A stretch of 64,000 nt of DNA from an uncultured Candidatus Bathyarchaeia archaeon (GTDB lineage: Archaea > Thermoproteota > Bathyarchaeia > 40CM-2-53-6): assembly GCA_964559555.1 (NCBI GenBank), contig CAZLHM010000001.1:49230-113229 (forward strand). The letters run 5' to 3'. Under the pieces are notes generated by a model that had not been told where the DNA came from, made no database searches, and worked only from the letters and a program-made list of their open reading frames with translations. Position 1 is the stretch's first letter, and every line of letters starts with the position of its first letter. Both the position numbers and the translations under genes were made by a program. Of this stretch, positions 47,045-55,780 are shown piece by piece.

Positions 47045-48223
47045 ATGTCGCTTCAGTCGTCCCAACGTCGTTCAACAGTTAGAGAACTGTACTACATCAC
47101 TCACATCAAGAACTTGCCCTCGATACTCCGCAGAGGTATCTTATGCCACCGGAAGATGGTTGCAGAAGGAATCCCCTTCGAACCGATTTATGACGAAGAG
47201 ATCGTCTCAAATCGAAAGAACATCGCAGCGCCAAATGGCGAAGACTTGTGGAGCTTCGCGAACTTCTATTTTCAGCCTCGTAACCCGATGCTTTATCGTG
47301 TTCTGCTTCATAGACCTCGAGAGGATATCGCCATCCTAGGCGTTAGACGAGACATTCTCGGTCTCTCCAAAGTCTACGTCACAGACGGGAACGCTGCGAG
47401 CTCGAATTCAAAGATACTGCCTGTAAACCCCAAGGCCATTGAGCAAATCGCAGCCCAGACGGATGAGGTCTGGTGGAACTATGTGGATGGCAAGAGAAGA
47501 ATCATGGCAGAGTGCTTGGTTGCGGATGAGGTGCCTCCCGAACATCTCCAAGCTGTGTATGTCCCAAATCATCAAGGAGCGGAGAGAGCGAGAACCTTGG
47601 TTGGCGGGCCTATCATACCCGTCATACCACAACCAGAATGGTTCTTCCTTCCATCTAAGGAGATTCGGCTCACTCCGACGCTCTCCGTAAGGGAGGGCGA
47701 CATGTTCTTCTCTGGTGCGCAAACACTCACGATAAGTGTCAATTGCGTTGGGAAGATGGGCAAAGGCCTTGCATCGAGAGCAAAATACCTGTTCCCTGAT
47801 GTGTACGTATATTATGATGACCTTTGTCGAAGAAGGGCCCTGAAGTTGGGCAAACCGTACCTCTACAGACGGGATATCTCACTGGATCTCCAGCTCGCAG
47901 ACGAGCCCACAAGGTTGCCTGATGCCAATGCTGGAACATGGTTTCTGCTCTTTCCTACCAAGAATCACTGGAGAGACAGAGCTGACATACACGGAATCGA
48001 AAAGGGATTAGGATTGACCGCAAGAGACTACAGGGATATGGGGATCAAGTCACTGGCAGTTCCGGCACTAGGATGCGGACTCGGCGCACTTGATTGGAAG
48101 GATGTGGGCCCGATTCTCTGCAAGTATTTGTCCCGCTTAGAAATCCCGACGTGGATATATCTGCCTGCGGAGAGACGAATATCTGAGGAGTTCCTCACTC
48201 CCGAGTACCTTCTCCGACGATGA
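47045..48223 (+). CDS. Fusion protein: DarT-like ssDNA thymidine ADP-ribosyltransferase domain (DUF4433) + C-terminal TARG1/DarG-like macro domain
   Basis: N-terminal ELYYITHIKNLPSILRRGIL, FYFQPRNPMLYRV, DGNAASSNS and the catalytic Glu in RIMAECLVADEVPPEHLQAVYV (codon 47510-47512) match DarT/DUF4433. The C-terminus has ISVNCVGKMGKGLASRAKYLFPDV ... FPTKNHWRDRADIHGIEKGLGLTARDYRDMGIKSLAVPALGCGLGALDW, a macro-domain pattern of the TARG1/DarG type. An alternative GTG start at 47000 adds 15 aa. Confidence 0.8.
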   Translation: MSLQSSQRRSTVRELYYITHIKNLPSILRRGILCHRKMVAEGIPFEPIYDEEIVSNRKNIAAPNGEDLWSFANFYFQPRNPMLYRVLLHRPREDIAILGVRRDILGLSKVYVTDGNAASSNSKILPVNPKAIEQIAAQTDEVWWNYVDGKRRIMAECLVADEVPPEHLQAVYVPNHQGAERARTLVGGPIIPVIPQPEWFFLPSKEIRLTPTLSVREGDMFFSGAQTLTISVNCVGKMGKGLASRAKYLFPDVYVYYDDLCRRRALKLGKPYLYRRDISLDLQLADEPTRLPDANAGTWFLLFPTKNHWRDRADIHGIEKGLGLTARDYRDMGIKSLAVPALGCGLGALDWKDVGPILCKYLSRLEIPTWIYLPAERRISEEFLTPEYLLRR

Positions 48224-48554
48224 CGACAATAGACGTTTCCGGCCACAACAGCTAGTGTTGGGCGAGGCAGACGAGGTGCAGGGGAAAGAACTCTACGTAC
48301 AATTGGGCCGTTGCAATGCGACGACGATCAGAGGAAGTCTCAATTGGCGCAATTTCGTTTCTTGCATCTATTGACTGTCTCAGGGTGTCCGTCCAATTCT
48401 CCTGCAAGGAATCTCTAGAGTTGCAGAGAGTTTCAAGCCAATTGATCTCGGACACCTTGTGAGCATGTGCCAGCTGCGACGAATCGACATTTGGCAAGTG
48501 TGGATCTGTGACATGCATGTCATGGATTGCCCGGCGTCTAACCCAGTTACGACC

Positions 48555-48577
48555 AAGAGTGGTGAGTGCGGGAGGGG
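48555..48577. repeat. tRNA-proximal copy (attR-like) of the direct repeat
   Basis: aagagtggtgagtgcgggagggg. Positions 48567-48577 are the 3' acceptor strand and discriminator of the tRNA, and 48555-48566 is the 3' trailer. Confidence 0.5.
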
Positions 48578-48694
48578 GGATTCGAACCCCCGAAGGCCTA
48601 CGCCATAGGCTCCTGAAGCTTGGGTAGCGTTTGTCGCTTCTACCCCTTAGACCTGGTTCCCGCCAGCTGATGAGCTGGGCTCGGGTACCCCCGC
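48567..48694 (-). tRNA. tRNA-Leu(CAG), class II, 128-nt gene containing two predicted non-canonical BHB introns (mature ~85 nt)
   Basis: Minus-strand reading gives acceptor GCGGGGG/CTCCCGC with U8 A9, T-arm GGGGG-TTCGAAT-CCCCC, discriminator A and no encoded CCA. Predicted intron 1 (+48657-48679) removes a bulge-helix-loop to give D-arm CCCGAGCCAGGTCTAAGGGG, near-identical to crenarchaeal tRNA-Leu. Predicted intron 2 (+48620-48639, position 29/30) is flanked by a 4-bp helix GGGT/ACCC and 3-nt bulges, giving anticodon arm TAGGC-TTCAGGA-GCCTA with anticodon CAG at +48613-48615. Long variable arm GCCTATGGCGTAGGC. Confidence 0.7.
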
Positions 48695-48818
48695 TGATTT
48701 CGGCTAGTTCGAGCACACCTAGTTAATCCTTACGCGAACTTGACAACTCGATTCCAGTCAATCATCAGAACGCCTATCAGATTGGCTTAGGATTAGCGCC
48801 CCTCGCGGAGATGTCCCG

Positions 48819-50057
48819 ATGCAAATCTCACTAAAGTACGGCAAGACTGCTGTCAGAATGCAGATCCGCCAAGAGCATCTAGTCGGCGTAGTGAAGCCGA
48901 AGCAATCAATCAAGCGCGGACAAGACCTACAAGCGAGCCTAGCGAAACCCATTGGAACCGAACCGTTACCGAAGCTCATCGACAGAAAGGACAAGGTCGC
49001 TGTCGTGGTAAGCGATATCACGAGGCCTTGCCCGACCGCGCGGATTCTCCCGCATGTTCTGCAACTACTGAAAAGATACGGTATTCCACGCGATAGCATC
49101 AGAATCCTGATCGGAACCGGAACGCATAGAGGCCATACACCCGCCGAGAGAAGAGAAATCCTCGGAAGGCAAGGAACTTCAATCCCACACGTCATTGACC
49201 ACACAATGGAACCCGTTCAGTACATTGGGACCACGAAGCGTGGTACGAGGGTCTCTGTGAACCCAAACCTCCTCGACGTGGATTTCGCGCTCGCTGTTGG
49301 CAATGTGGACGTTCACTACTTCGCCGGGTACACTGGCGGATACAAGGCTGTGATACCGGGACTCGCGGGCAAGGAGACGATCGAGAGAAACCACAGCCTC
49401 ATGACGCTCCCAAACGCTGAACCAGGAGTTGTCGAGTTGAATCCAGTCCGCGAGGACTTTGAAGAAGCAGGACAGCTAACAGCACTTCGATACATCGTGA
49501 ACGTCGTCCTAGACGAAAGAAATCGAACCATCGCGGCATTCTCAGGAGACCCAATTGCTGCACAGCGACGGGCAATAAGAGCCGTTGACGACTTTGTGAA
49601 GGTCCCGATCAAGGAGCGCGCAGATATTGTGCTTGCAAGTGCTGGAGGCTACCCGAGGGACATTAACCTCTATCAGGCGCACAAGGCGATTGAGAACGCC
49701 TCTCATGCTGTCAAGAACGGGGGCACAGTGATAGTTCTCGCGGAGTGCGGCGAAGGTTTCGGGAATACCACATTCGAGGATTGGATGGTGAATGCCTCCA
49801 ACCTTGATGAGATTGGGAGGAAGCTCAGTGACAGGTTCATACTCGGTGCTCACAAGGCGTACGCGCTCAGCAAGATCGCGAAGCGAGCACAGATCTACCT
49901 TGTATCCGACAAAATGCGGGAAGCGAGTTCCATACTGTTCAAAGGCTTCAAGAGTTCTCAGGACGCGTTGGAGGATGCATGGAGTTCACATGGAAAAGAT
50001 GCTTCGATTCTACTGATGCCCTATGCGATGAGCACTCTACCGTCAAGGTCTTCATGA
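48819..50057 (+). CDS. LarA (nickel-pincer lactate racemase) family protein
   Basis: 412 aa with N-terminal DUF2088-type motifs (VVVSDITRP, ILIGTGTHR) and the LarA C-terminal domain. Confidence 0.7.
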   Translation: MQISLKYGKTAVRMQIRQEHLVGVVKPKQSIKRGQDLQASLAKPIGTEPLPKLIDRKDKVAVVVSDITRPCPTARILPHVLQLLKRYGIPRDSIRILIGTGTHRGHTPAERREILGRQGTSIPHVIDHTMEPVQYIGTTKRGTRVSVNPNLLDVDFALAVGNVDVHYFAGYTGGYKAVIPGLAGKETIERNHSLMTLPNAEPGVVELNPVREDFEEAGQLTALRYIVNVVLDERNRTIAAFSGDPIAAQRRAIRAVDDFVKVPIKERADIVLASAGGYPRDINLYQAHKAIENASHAVKNGGTVIVLAECGEGFGNTTFEDWMVNASNLDEIGRKLSDRFILGAHKAYALSKIAKRAQIYLVSDKMREASSILFKGFKSSQDALEDAWSSHGKDASILLMPYAMSTLPSRSS

Positions 50058-50244
50058 AGACGCATCCTATCGAAGACTTCTGAAATCGATCTTATCATTC
50101 TTCAACCGCTGGAAACAACTAACCTCGTTGTTCGTCGGCTTTAGCAACGCTTAATTCGGATAGAGCATGGCACTTGCGGCGCTGCATTCAGTGGACGGCT
50201 GAGGAGTGAAGTGAAGGAGAGCTCTCGCAAGGCCGTGAGCACGA

Positions 50245-51525
50245 ATGAAACTGGTCCCTCTCCTCTACTACCTGTATCGACGCGCATGGAAGCGCCTCGC
50301 GGTCTTCTCAGCAATCGCGGGACCGGGCATCATAGTGATGGTCGCCGACAACGATGTGGGAGGCATCACAACCTACGCGGTTTCTGGATCGAAGTATGGA
50401 TTCAACCTTGTCTGGCTCATCATAGTCTTTTGCATACTGGCGTTCTTCGTTCAAGAGATGACCGTCCGCCTAGGAGCTGTAACCAAGAAAGGCCTCGCTG
50501 AAGCGATCTTCGACGGGTTCGGACCAGCTTGGGGTTGGTTCTCACTACTGGACCTTGTACTCGCGAACTTCCTGACCCTCATCACGGAGTTCATAGGCAT
50601 GGTCGCTGCCACAAGCATCTTCGGAATACCTCCTTGGCTGACGGCTGTCGTGGTTGTTGTCTTCCTGATGGTGCTTGTAGGTACGGGGACATTCTGGACC
50701 TTTGAGAGAATAACGCTCGTCTTCTGCTTGCTCAACCTAGTGTACGTGCCGGCCGCGATTCTTGCAAAGCCCGACTGGGATCAGGTTGCGCGCAGCATCG
50801 TCTTCCCAACATTCGAAGGAGGCATGTCCGTCTCCCTATTGACGCTCATAATGGCGAATATTGGAACTACGATCGCGCCTTGGATGATATTCTTCCAACA
50901 GAGCGCGGTCGTCGACAAGGAACTCGACGAAAAGGACATCTCCTACTCCAAGATCGATACGGCGCTCGGCGCGGTCCTGACAGGCTTAGGCGCAGCTTTC
51001 ATAATGATCGCAACCGGATCCACTCTCCACAAGATTGGATTGAACATCACTGAAGCATCGGAAGTAGCCATAGCGCTGGTTCCATTGGCAGGGCAATACG
51101 CGGGTGCGCTGTTTGCGATCGGTCTCTTCAGCGCAGGGCTCCTAGGGGCGATCTGCGTCTCTCTCGCGTCCTCTTGGGCGTTCGGGGAGGTCTTTGGTTG
51201 GGCGCACAGCCTAAACGTCAACGTCAAGAGCGCCCCTTGGTTTTACTTGTTCTACTTGCTCAATGTTGGGTTGGCTGGAGCGATCGTTCTCATTCCTCAT
51301 GCACCATATGTGATGATTGTGCTGCTCGTGCAGGTCATTGCTGTGACGCTCCTTCCGCCTGCCCTCGTGTTTCTGATCTTGCTACTGAACGACAAGTATC
51401 TGATGGGCACCTATGCGAATAGCAGACTCCAGAATGTTGTGGATTGGGCGATTGTTGGATCTGTAATCGCCATCTCGTCCCTGTACGGTATCTCCACGAT
51501 CTTCCCCACCTTATTAGGAGGTTGA
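50245..51525 (+). CDS. mntH: Nramp family divalent metal (Mn2+/Fe2+) transporter
   Basis: GPGIIVMVADNDVGGITTYAVSGSKYGF (the DPGN-type motif region) and ~11 TM helices. Confidence 0.85.
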   Translation: MKLVPLLYYLYRRAWKRLAVFSAIAGPGIIVMVADNDVGGITTYAVSGSKYGFNLVWLIIVFCILAFFVQEMTVRLGAVTKKGLAEAIFDGFGPAWGWFSLLDLVLANFLTLITEFIGMVAATSIFGIPPWLTAVVVVVFLMVLVGTGTFWTFERITLVFCLLNLVYVPAAILAKPDWDQVARSIVFPTFEGGMSVSLLTLIMANIGTTIAPWMIFFQQSAVVDKELDEKDISYSKIDTALGAVLTGLGAAFIMIATGSTLHKIGLNITEASEVAIALVPLAGQYAGALFAIGLFSAGLLGAICVSLASSWAFGEVFGWAHSLNVNVKSAPWFYLFYLLNVGLAGAIVLIPHAPYVMIVLLVQVIAVTLLPPALVFLILLLNDKYLMGTYANSRLQNVVDWAIVGSVIAISSLYGISTIFPTLLGG

Positions 51526-51578
51526 AGCCGAGAGATGACTGGTCAAACGATTTCGCGTGGATCTCGTGGTGGTTCCTA

Positions 51579-52877
51579 GTGTCGGTGAACTCAACTCAGA
51601 TCCGGGAATACATTCAGAAGATTTCAGTTGGAGACAACAAGAACACGCGATATGTATACCTAAACGAAATCGTCAAGAAACGAGTACTAACTAGAAGCGG
51701 GGTCACAGTCGGCAAGCTAAGAGACATGATCTTCAAAGATGACCCGCACTATGCGGAAGTAACAGGCCTCGTTGTTGAACGTCCACTGGGCCGTCCCTCT
51801 TGGAACGTGCCGTGGAGCAACGTAGTCGATGTCACCTCTGAGAAGATAGTCATCGAGGATCCCCCTGAGGGCAGGTATCCCGAGATCAAACACAGCGAAA
51901 GCCATCTCCTACTTCGCGACAAGGTGCTCGACAAAAAGATCCTCGATATCGAAGGATTCGATGTAGAGGTAGTCTACGACATACAGTTGCTCCTTGTCGA
52001 GCACAAACTCTTCGTTGTGGGAGCGGACGTGGGCCGACACGCGTTCCTGCGTAGGCTTGGTCTCGGAAGAGTCGCCAAATCAGTTCTCGAGAACAGCGCC
52101 AAAGATGACATAATACCATGGCGGTACGTTCAGTCGCTACCTGCAGACTTGACCGGCACAAAGGGGGATGTGAAGCTCACAATCACGAGAGAGGGACTGA
52201 AGGACATACATCCAGAGGACTTGGCTGACATACTTGAGGAGCTAAGCCACGAAGATAGAATCCACATCTTCAACGCGTTGGATCACGAAGTTGCTGCTGA
52301 CGCACTTGAGGCAACCGAACCAAGAGTCCAGAGGGAGATCCTAGCCTCGACAACGGCTGATCGAGCGGCGGCGATCTTCCAGCACTTGTCTCCAGCGCAG
52401 ATCGCCGACATCATTTCGATTCTTCCACATGACGACGCTGAAGAATTCCTCCAGATATTGAAGGGAGATGTGGCCTCCAAAGTTCACGTACTGCTGAGCC
52501 AACACGATGTTCCCGCGTCAACTCTAGCGATGCATTGCTTCCTGGGATTTCCGGGAAACTTGAGAGTTGAAGAAGCTTTTATTCGATTCAGGGAAGAGGC
52601 TCGCCACTGCAACGTCACAATGTACATCTACGTAGTGGACGAGAAACAGCGCCTGAGAGGAGTCATAGACATCAATGAACTCCTACAAGCCGATCCGAAG
52701 AAGAGGTTGGATGAGATCATGACAAAGAAGGTCGTAAAAGTGACACCCACAACTATGCGCGGCGAGATCGAAGCCCTGTTCCGCAAGTATCGCTTCCGAG
52801 CAATACCGATAGTCGACAAGTCTCGGAAAATCGTGGGCGTCATCAGGGAGAAAGACGTATTTCTACAGGAGGAATAG
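51579..52877 (+). CDS. Soluble PRC-barrel + MgtE-N + tandem CBS domain protein (MgtE cytosolic-sensor-like, no membrane domain)
   Basis: PRC-barrel-like RVLTRSGVTVGKLRDMIFKDD, MgtE_N (PEDLADILEELSHEDRIHIFNALDHEVAADALEATEP), then two CBS domains. Start placed at a GTG just after the Nramp stop; the ORF-track start at 51444 overlaps mntH. Confidence 0.55.
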   Translation: MSVNSTQIREYIQKISVGDNKNTRYVYLNEIVKKRVLTRSGVTVGKLRDMIFKDDPHYAEVTGLVVERPLGRPSWNVPWSNVVDVTSEKIVIEDPPEGRYPEIKHSESHLLLRDKVLDKKILDIEGFDVEVVYDIQLLLVEHKLFVVGADVGRHAFLRRLGLGRVAKSVLENSAKDDIIPWRYVQSLPADLTGTKGDVKLTITREGLKDIHPEDLADILEELSHEDRIHIFNALDHEVAADALEATEPRVQREILASTTADRAAAIFQHLSPAQIADIISILPHDDAEEFLQILKGDVASKVHVLLSQHDVPASTLAMHCFLGFPGNLRVEEAFIRFREEARHCNVTMYIYVVDEKQRLRGVIDINELLQADPKKRLDEIMTKKVVKVTPTTMRGEIEALFRKYRFRAIPIVDKSRKIVGVIREKDVFLQEE

Positions 52878-52913
52878 CGCCGTACGGCTCGACGACCGAG
52901 GATCTGGAAGACA

Positions 52914-53033
52914 ATGCCGCGAGTCTACACGACCACAACCGTGCGAGCATCACTGCTTTTCTTGAGACTCTATCTCATATTCCTAGCCGGTCTTGTCATC
53001 TACAAGTTCGTCACGGAGTTCCGTCTAGGGTAG
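52914..53033 (+). CDS. Candidate small single-pass membrane protein (39 aa)
   Basis: MPRVYTTTTVRASLLFLRLYLIFLAGLVIYKFVTEFRLG. Below the ORF-track cutoff, and sits in a 360-bp intergenic gap. Confidence 0.2.
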   Translation: MPRVYTTTTVRASLLFLRLYLIFLAGLVIYKFVTEFRLG

Positions 53034-53238
53034 ACGCCCGCTGGCGTTACTCTCAGGCCGGTTAGCACGTGTTGGCGTGTTCACTCAGTAGCTTCTTTGA
53101 TGACCCAAGCTCTGTCGAAGTGCTTGGCCGGGTATACCAGCCACTTGATCTGACGTGCAGCATGAGCAAGTGCCGTTGGTCAAGGGGAGTTCGCATGACA
53201 TATAGCATTGATTAGACTAGCCACTTGCTGCATGCGAT

Positions 53239-55674
53239 ATGACAAGTGTGGAACTCACTCCCAAGGATCTGAGGGTACACTGTGAGCCGATGAAATGCCA
53301 TACCAGCGGCGAACTTGCGCCTTTGGACGGCATCATTGGCCAAGACCGCGCCCTTCGCGCGCTGCAATTCGGATTGGGAATTGGGGAGAAGGGATTCAAC
53401 GTATACGCCGCGGGTCCGCCAGGCACAGGCAAGACCACGGCCGTAAGGAACTTCCTAGAGGCCCTTGCGAAGAGCCTACCGACTCCGCCGGATTGGTGCT
53501 ATGTCAACAACTTCCGGAACCCATACGAACCGTTATGCTTGAGACTTCCAACCGGACGCGCTGAAGTTCTCCAGAAAGACATGAAGAACTTCATCGAAGA
53601 GATCAAACGGGCTGTTCCGAGAGCTCTCCAAAGCGAAGAGTTCCAGTCCAAGAGGGACCAGTTGATCAAGGCTGCGGAACAGCGGAGAAACGAGATCCTA
53701 ACCAGCCTCGGCGAAGAAGCAGAAAGGTCAGGTTTCACGATCCAGGTCACACCGCTAGGGATAGCATTGATCCCTGTTTTTGATGGGAAACCCATCAGCG
53801 AAGAAGAGCTTGCTAGATTGCCTGATGAGGTAAGAGAGCAACTCGACAACAAAAGAAAAACGCTCGAAAGCAAATTTGAGGAGGGAACGAAACGGATCGC
53901 CGGGCTCGACAGAGAAACAAGACAGGCAGTGAGGAAACTCACCAATGATGCCGTCGAGTATGCTATCGGCTTCCTATTGGAGAGTATATTGAAGACCTAC
54001 GCAGACCTCCCCGAAGTCGTGGCATACCTCAAAGAGGCAAGGAGCGATATCCTCGAAAACTTCGAGCTTTTTGCAGGTAGGCAACAGCCGGAGATCGCGC
54101 AAAGTCAGCTGCTGACACCTTGGATGCGGGATCTGCCCTTCAGAAGATACGAAGTCAACGTCATCGTTGACAACTCTGAACTGAAGGGCGCGCCAGTCAT
54201 CTTCGACGAGAACCCGACATATCAGAACCTATTCGGAAGGATCGAAAAGGAAGCACAGTTTGGAAGCTTCACTACCGACTTCACACTGATAAAAGCCGGT
54301 TCGGTGCACAGAGCCAACGGAGGATACCTCGTCCTTCCAGTCGAAGATCTTCTCGCGAACCTGTTCTCATATGATGGTTTGAAGAGAGCTCTGAGGAACA
54401 ACCGTATTGTCATAGAAGAACCAGGCGAACGGCTTGGTTTCATTTCTACGAAGACCCTGACCCCTCAACCGATTCCTCTCAACGTGAAGGTCATTCTCGT
54501 AGGAAATCCCATTCTATACCAAGCGCTCTACGCATACGACCCTCAGTTTCAGGAACTCTTCAAGGTGAAGGCCGACTTCGACACTACCATAGAAAGAAAC
54601 GAGGAGAATCTCGAACGGTACGCTTCCTTCGTATGCACACTCTGCGGAAGAGAAGGACTCAGACATCTCGAATCTTCAGCGATAGCCAAGGTTGTGGAAT
54701 ATGGCTCCAGACTGGCTGCAGATCAACGAAAGCTTTCAACCAAATTCGCGGAGGTTGCCGATCTCATAAGAGAAGCCAACTACTACGCTTCACAAGATCG
54801 TGCTGAGTTCGTCACTGCCGCACACATCAATAAGGCCTTGGAAGAGAAAGTCTACCGTTCGAACCTTATCCAGCAGAAGATCGTCGAGATGACAAACCGT
54901 GGTCTCATACTGATAGACACGTCAGGATCCAAGATCGGTCAGGTAAACGGTCTCTCTGTCATAGGCTTGGGTGACTTCGCTTTTGGCAGACCGAGCAGAG
55001 TAACAGCGAGCATAGGTCTAGGAAGAGAAGGCGTAGTTGATATCGAACGTGAGGCGAAGATGGGTGGCCCCATACACACAAAGGGTGTCCTGATACTCGG
55101 AGGATATCTAGCCAACAAGTACGCGCAAGAGAAGCCTCTCAGCCTCTCCACTAGGCTAGTCTTTGAACAGAGCTACGAAGGAGTAGAAGGCGACAGCGCG
55201 TCCACTACGGAACTGTACGCTATCCTGTCGGCTCTAGCCGATCTTCCCGTCAAACAGAACATAGCGGTCACAGGTTCTGTGAACCAAAGAGGAGAAGTCC
55301 AAGCCATCGGCGGCGTCAACGAAAAGATAGAGGGCTTCTACGAGCTCTGCAAAGCAAGGGGCCTGAAGGGTGACGAGGGCGTGATGATTCCGAAGAGCAA
55401 CGCACGGGATTTGATGCTCAAGGATGAAGTCGTCGAGGCCGTGAAGAAGGGACTCTTTCACATATACGCTGTAGGCACTATCGACGAAGGCATAGAGCTG
55501 CTAACTGGAGTCAAAGCCGGCACAAGGAGAGAAGGTGGAACCTTCGAACGCAACACAGTGAATCACAAGGTTGACCAACGCCTGAAGAAGATGGCGGAAT
55601 CCCTGGTCAAGTTCGGAGAAGCACCTAGGCGTGAAAAGCCCTCTCGTGGACGAAAGAAGAACGAAGAAACATAG
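53239..55674 (+). CDS. Lon-related AAA+ ATP-dependent protease (COG1067-type, soluble)
   Basis: 811 aa with Walker A GPPGTGKTT, an AAA+ core, and a C-terminal S16 Lon protease domain (GDSASTTELYAILSAL...AVTGSVNQRGEVQAIGGVNEKIEG, a Ser-Lys dyad context). Confidence 0.75.
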   Translation: MTSVELTPKDLRVHCEPMKCHTSGELAPLDGIIGQDRALRALQFGLGIGEKGFNVYAAGPPGTGKTTAVRNFLEALAKSLPTPPDWCYVNNFRNPYEPLCLRLPTGRAEVLQKDMKNFIEEIKRAVPRALQSEEFQSKRDQLIKAAEQRRNEILTSLGEEAERSGFTIQVTPLGIALIPVFDGKPISEEELARLPDEVREQLDNKRKTLESKFEEGTKRIAGLDRETRQAVRKLTNDAVEYAIGFLLESILKTYADLPEVVAYLKEARSDILENFELFAGRQQPEIAQSQLLTPWMRDLPFRRYEVNVIVDNSELKGAPVIFDENPTYQNLFGRIEKEAQFGSFTTDFTLIKAGSVHRANGGYLVLPVEDLLANLFSYDGLKRALRNNRIVIEEPGERLGFISTKTLTPQPIPLNVKVILVGNPILYQALYAYDPQFQELFKVKADFDTTIERNEENLERYASFVCTLCGREGLRHLESSAIAKVVEYGSRLAADQRKLSTKFAEVADLIREANYYASQDRAEFVTAAHINKALEEKVYRSNLIQQKIVEMTNRGLILIDTSGSKIGQVNGLSVIGLGDFAFGRPSRVTASIGLGREGVVDIEREAKMGGPIHTKGVLILGGYLANKYAQEKPLSLSTRLVFEQSYEGVEGDSASTTELYAILSALADLPVKQNIAVTGSVNQRGEVQAIGGVNEKIEGFYELCKARGLKGDEGVMIPKSNARDLMLKDEVVEAVKKGLFHIYAVGTIDEGIELLTGVKAGTRREGGTFERNTVNHKVDQRLKKMAESLVKFGEAPRREKPSRGRKKNEET

Positions 55675-55780
55675 CGATAGATCAGACCTCCCCGGAAGCG
55701 CGCCCCGACCCGCCCGGCGGACAGGCAGCCAAGAACTTCGGCAGCTGGTCTCTACCTTCTAATTCGCCAATCTTGCTTCG

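Noticed and set aside
48640-48680. Possible tRNA-Sec, suggested by the 6-bp stem / 4-nt loop hairpin (CCAGCT-CATC-AGCTGG) in the D-region
   Set aside because: The acceptor/T-stem are a standard 7/5, not 9/4 or 8/5. Removing the hairpin as a BHL intron gives a textbook class-II tRNA-Leu D-arm, and the best anticodon arm gives CAG, not UCA.
48252-48716. 154-aa ORF on the minus strand overlapping the tRNA-Leu gene and the islet's right boundary
   Set aside because: It overlaps a well-supported tRNA (T-arm, acceptor, introns) and the att-like repeat, and has no protein-family features. It is most likely a chance reading frame.
53239-55674. The Lon-like protease could be BrxL of a BREX system
   Set aside because: No PglZ, BrxC, methyltransferase or other BREX components flank it. 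The architecture fits the generic COG1067 Lon-related protease.
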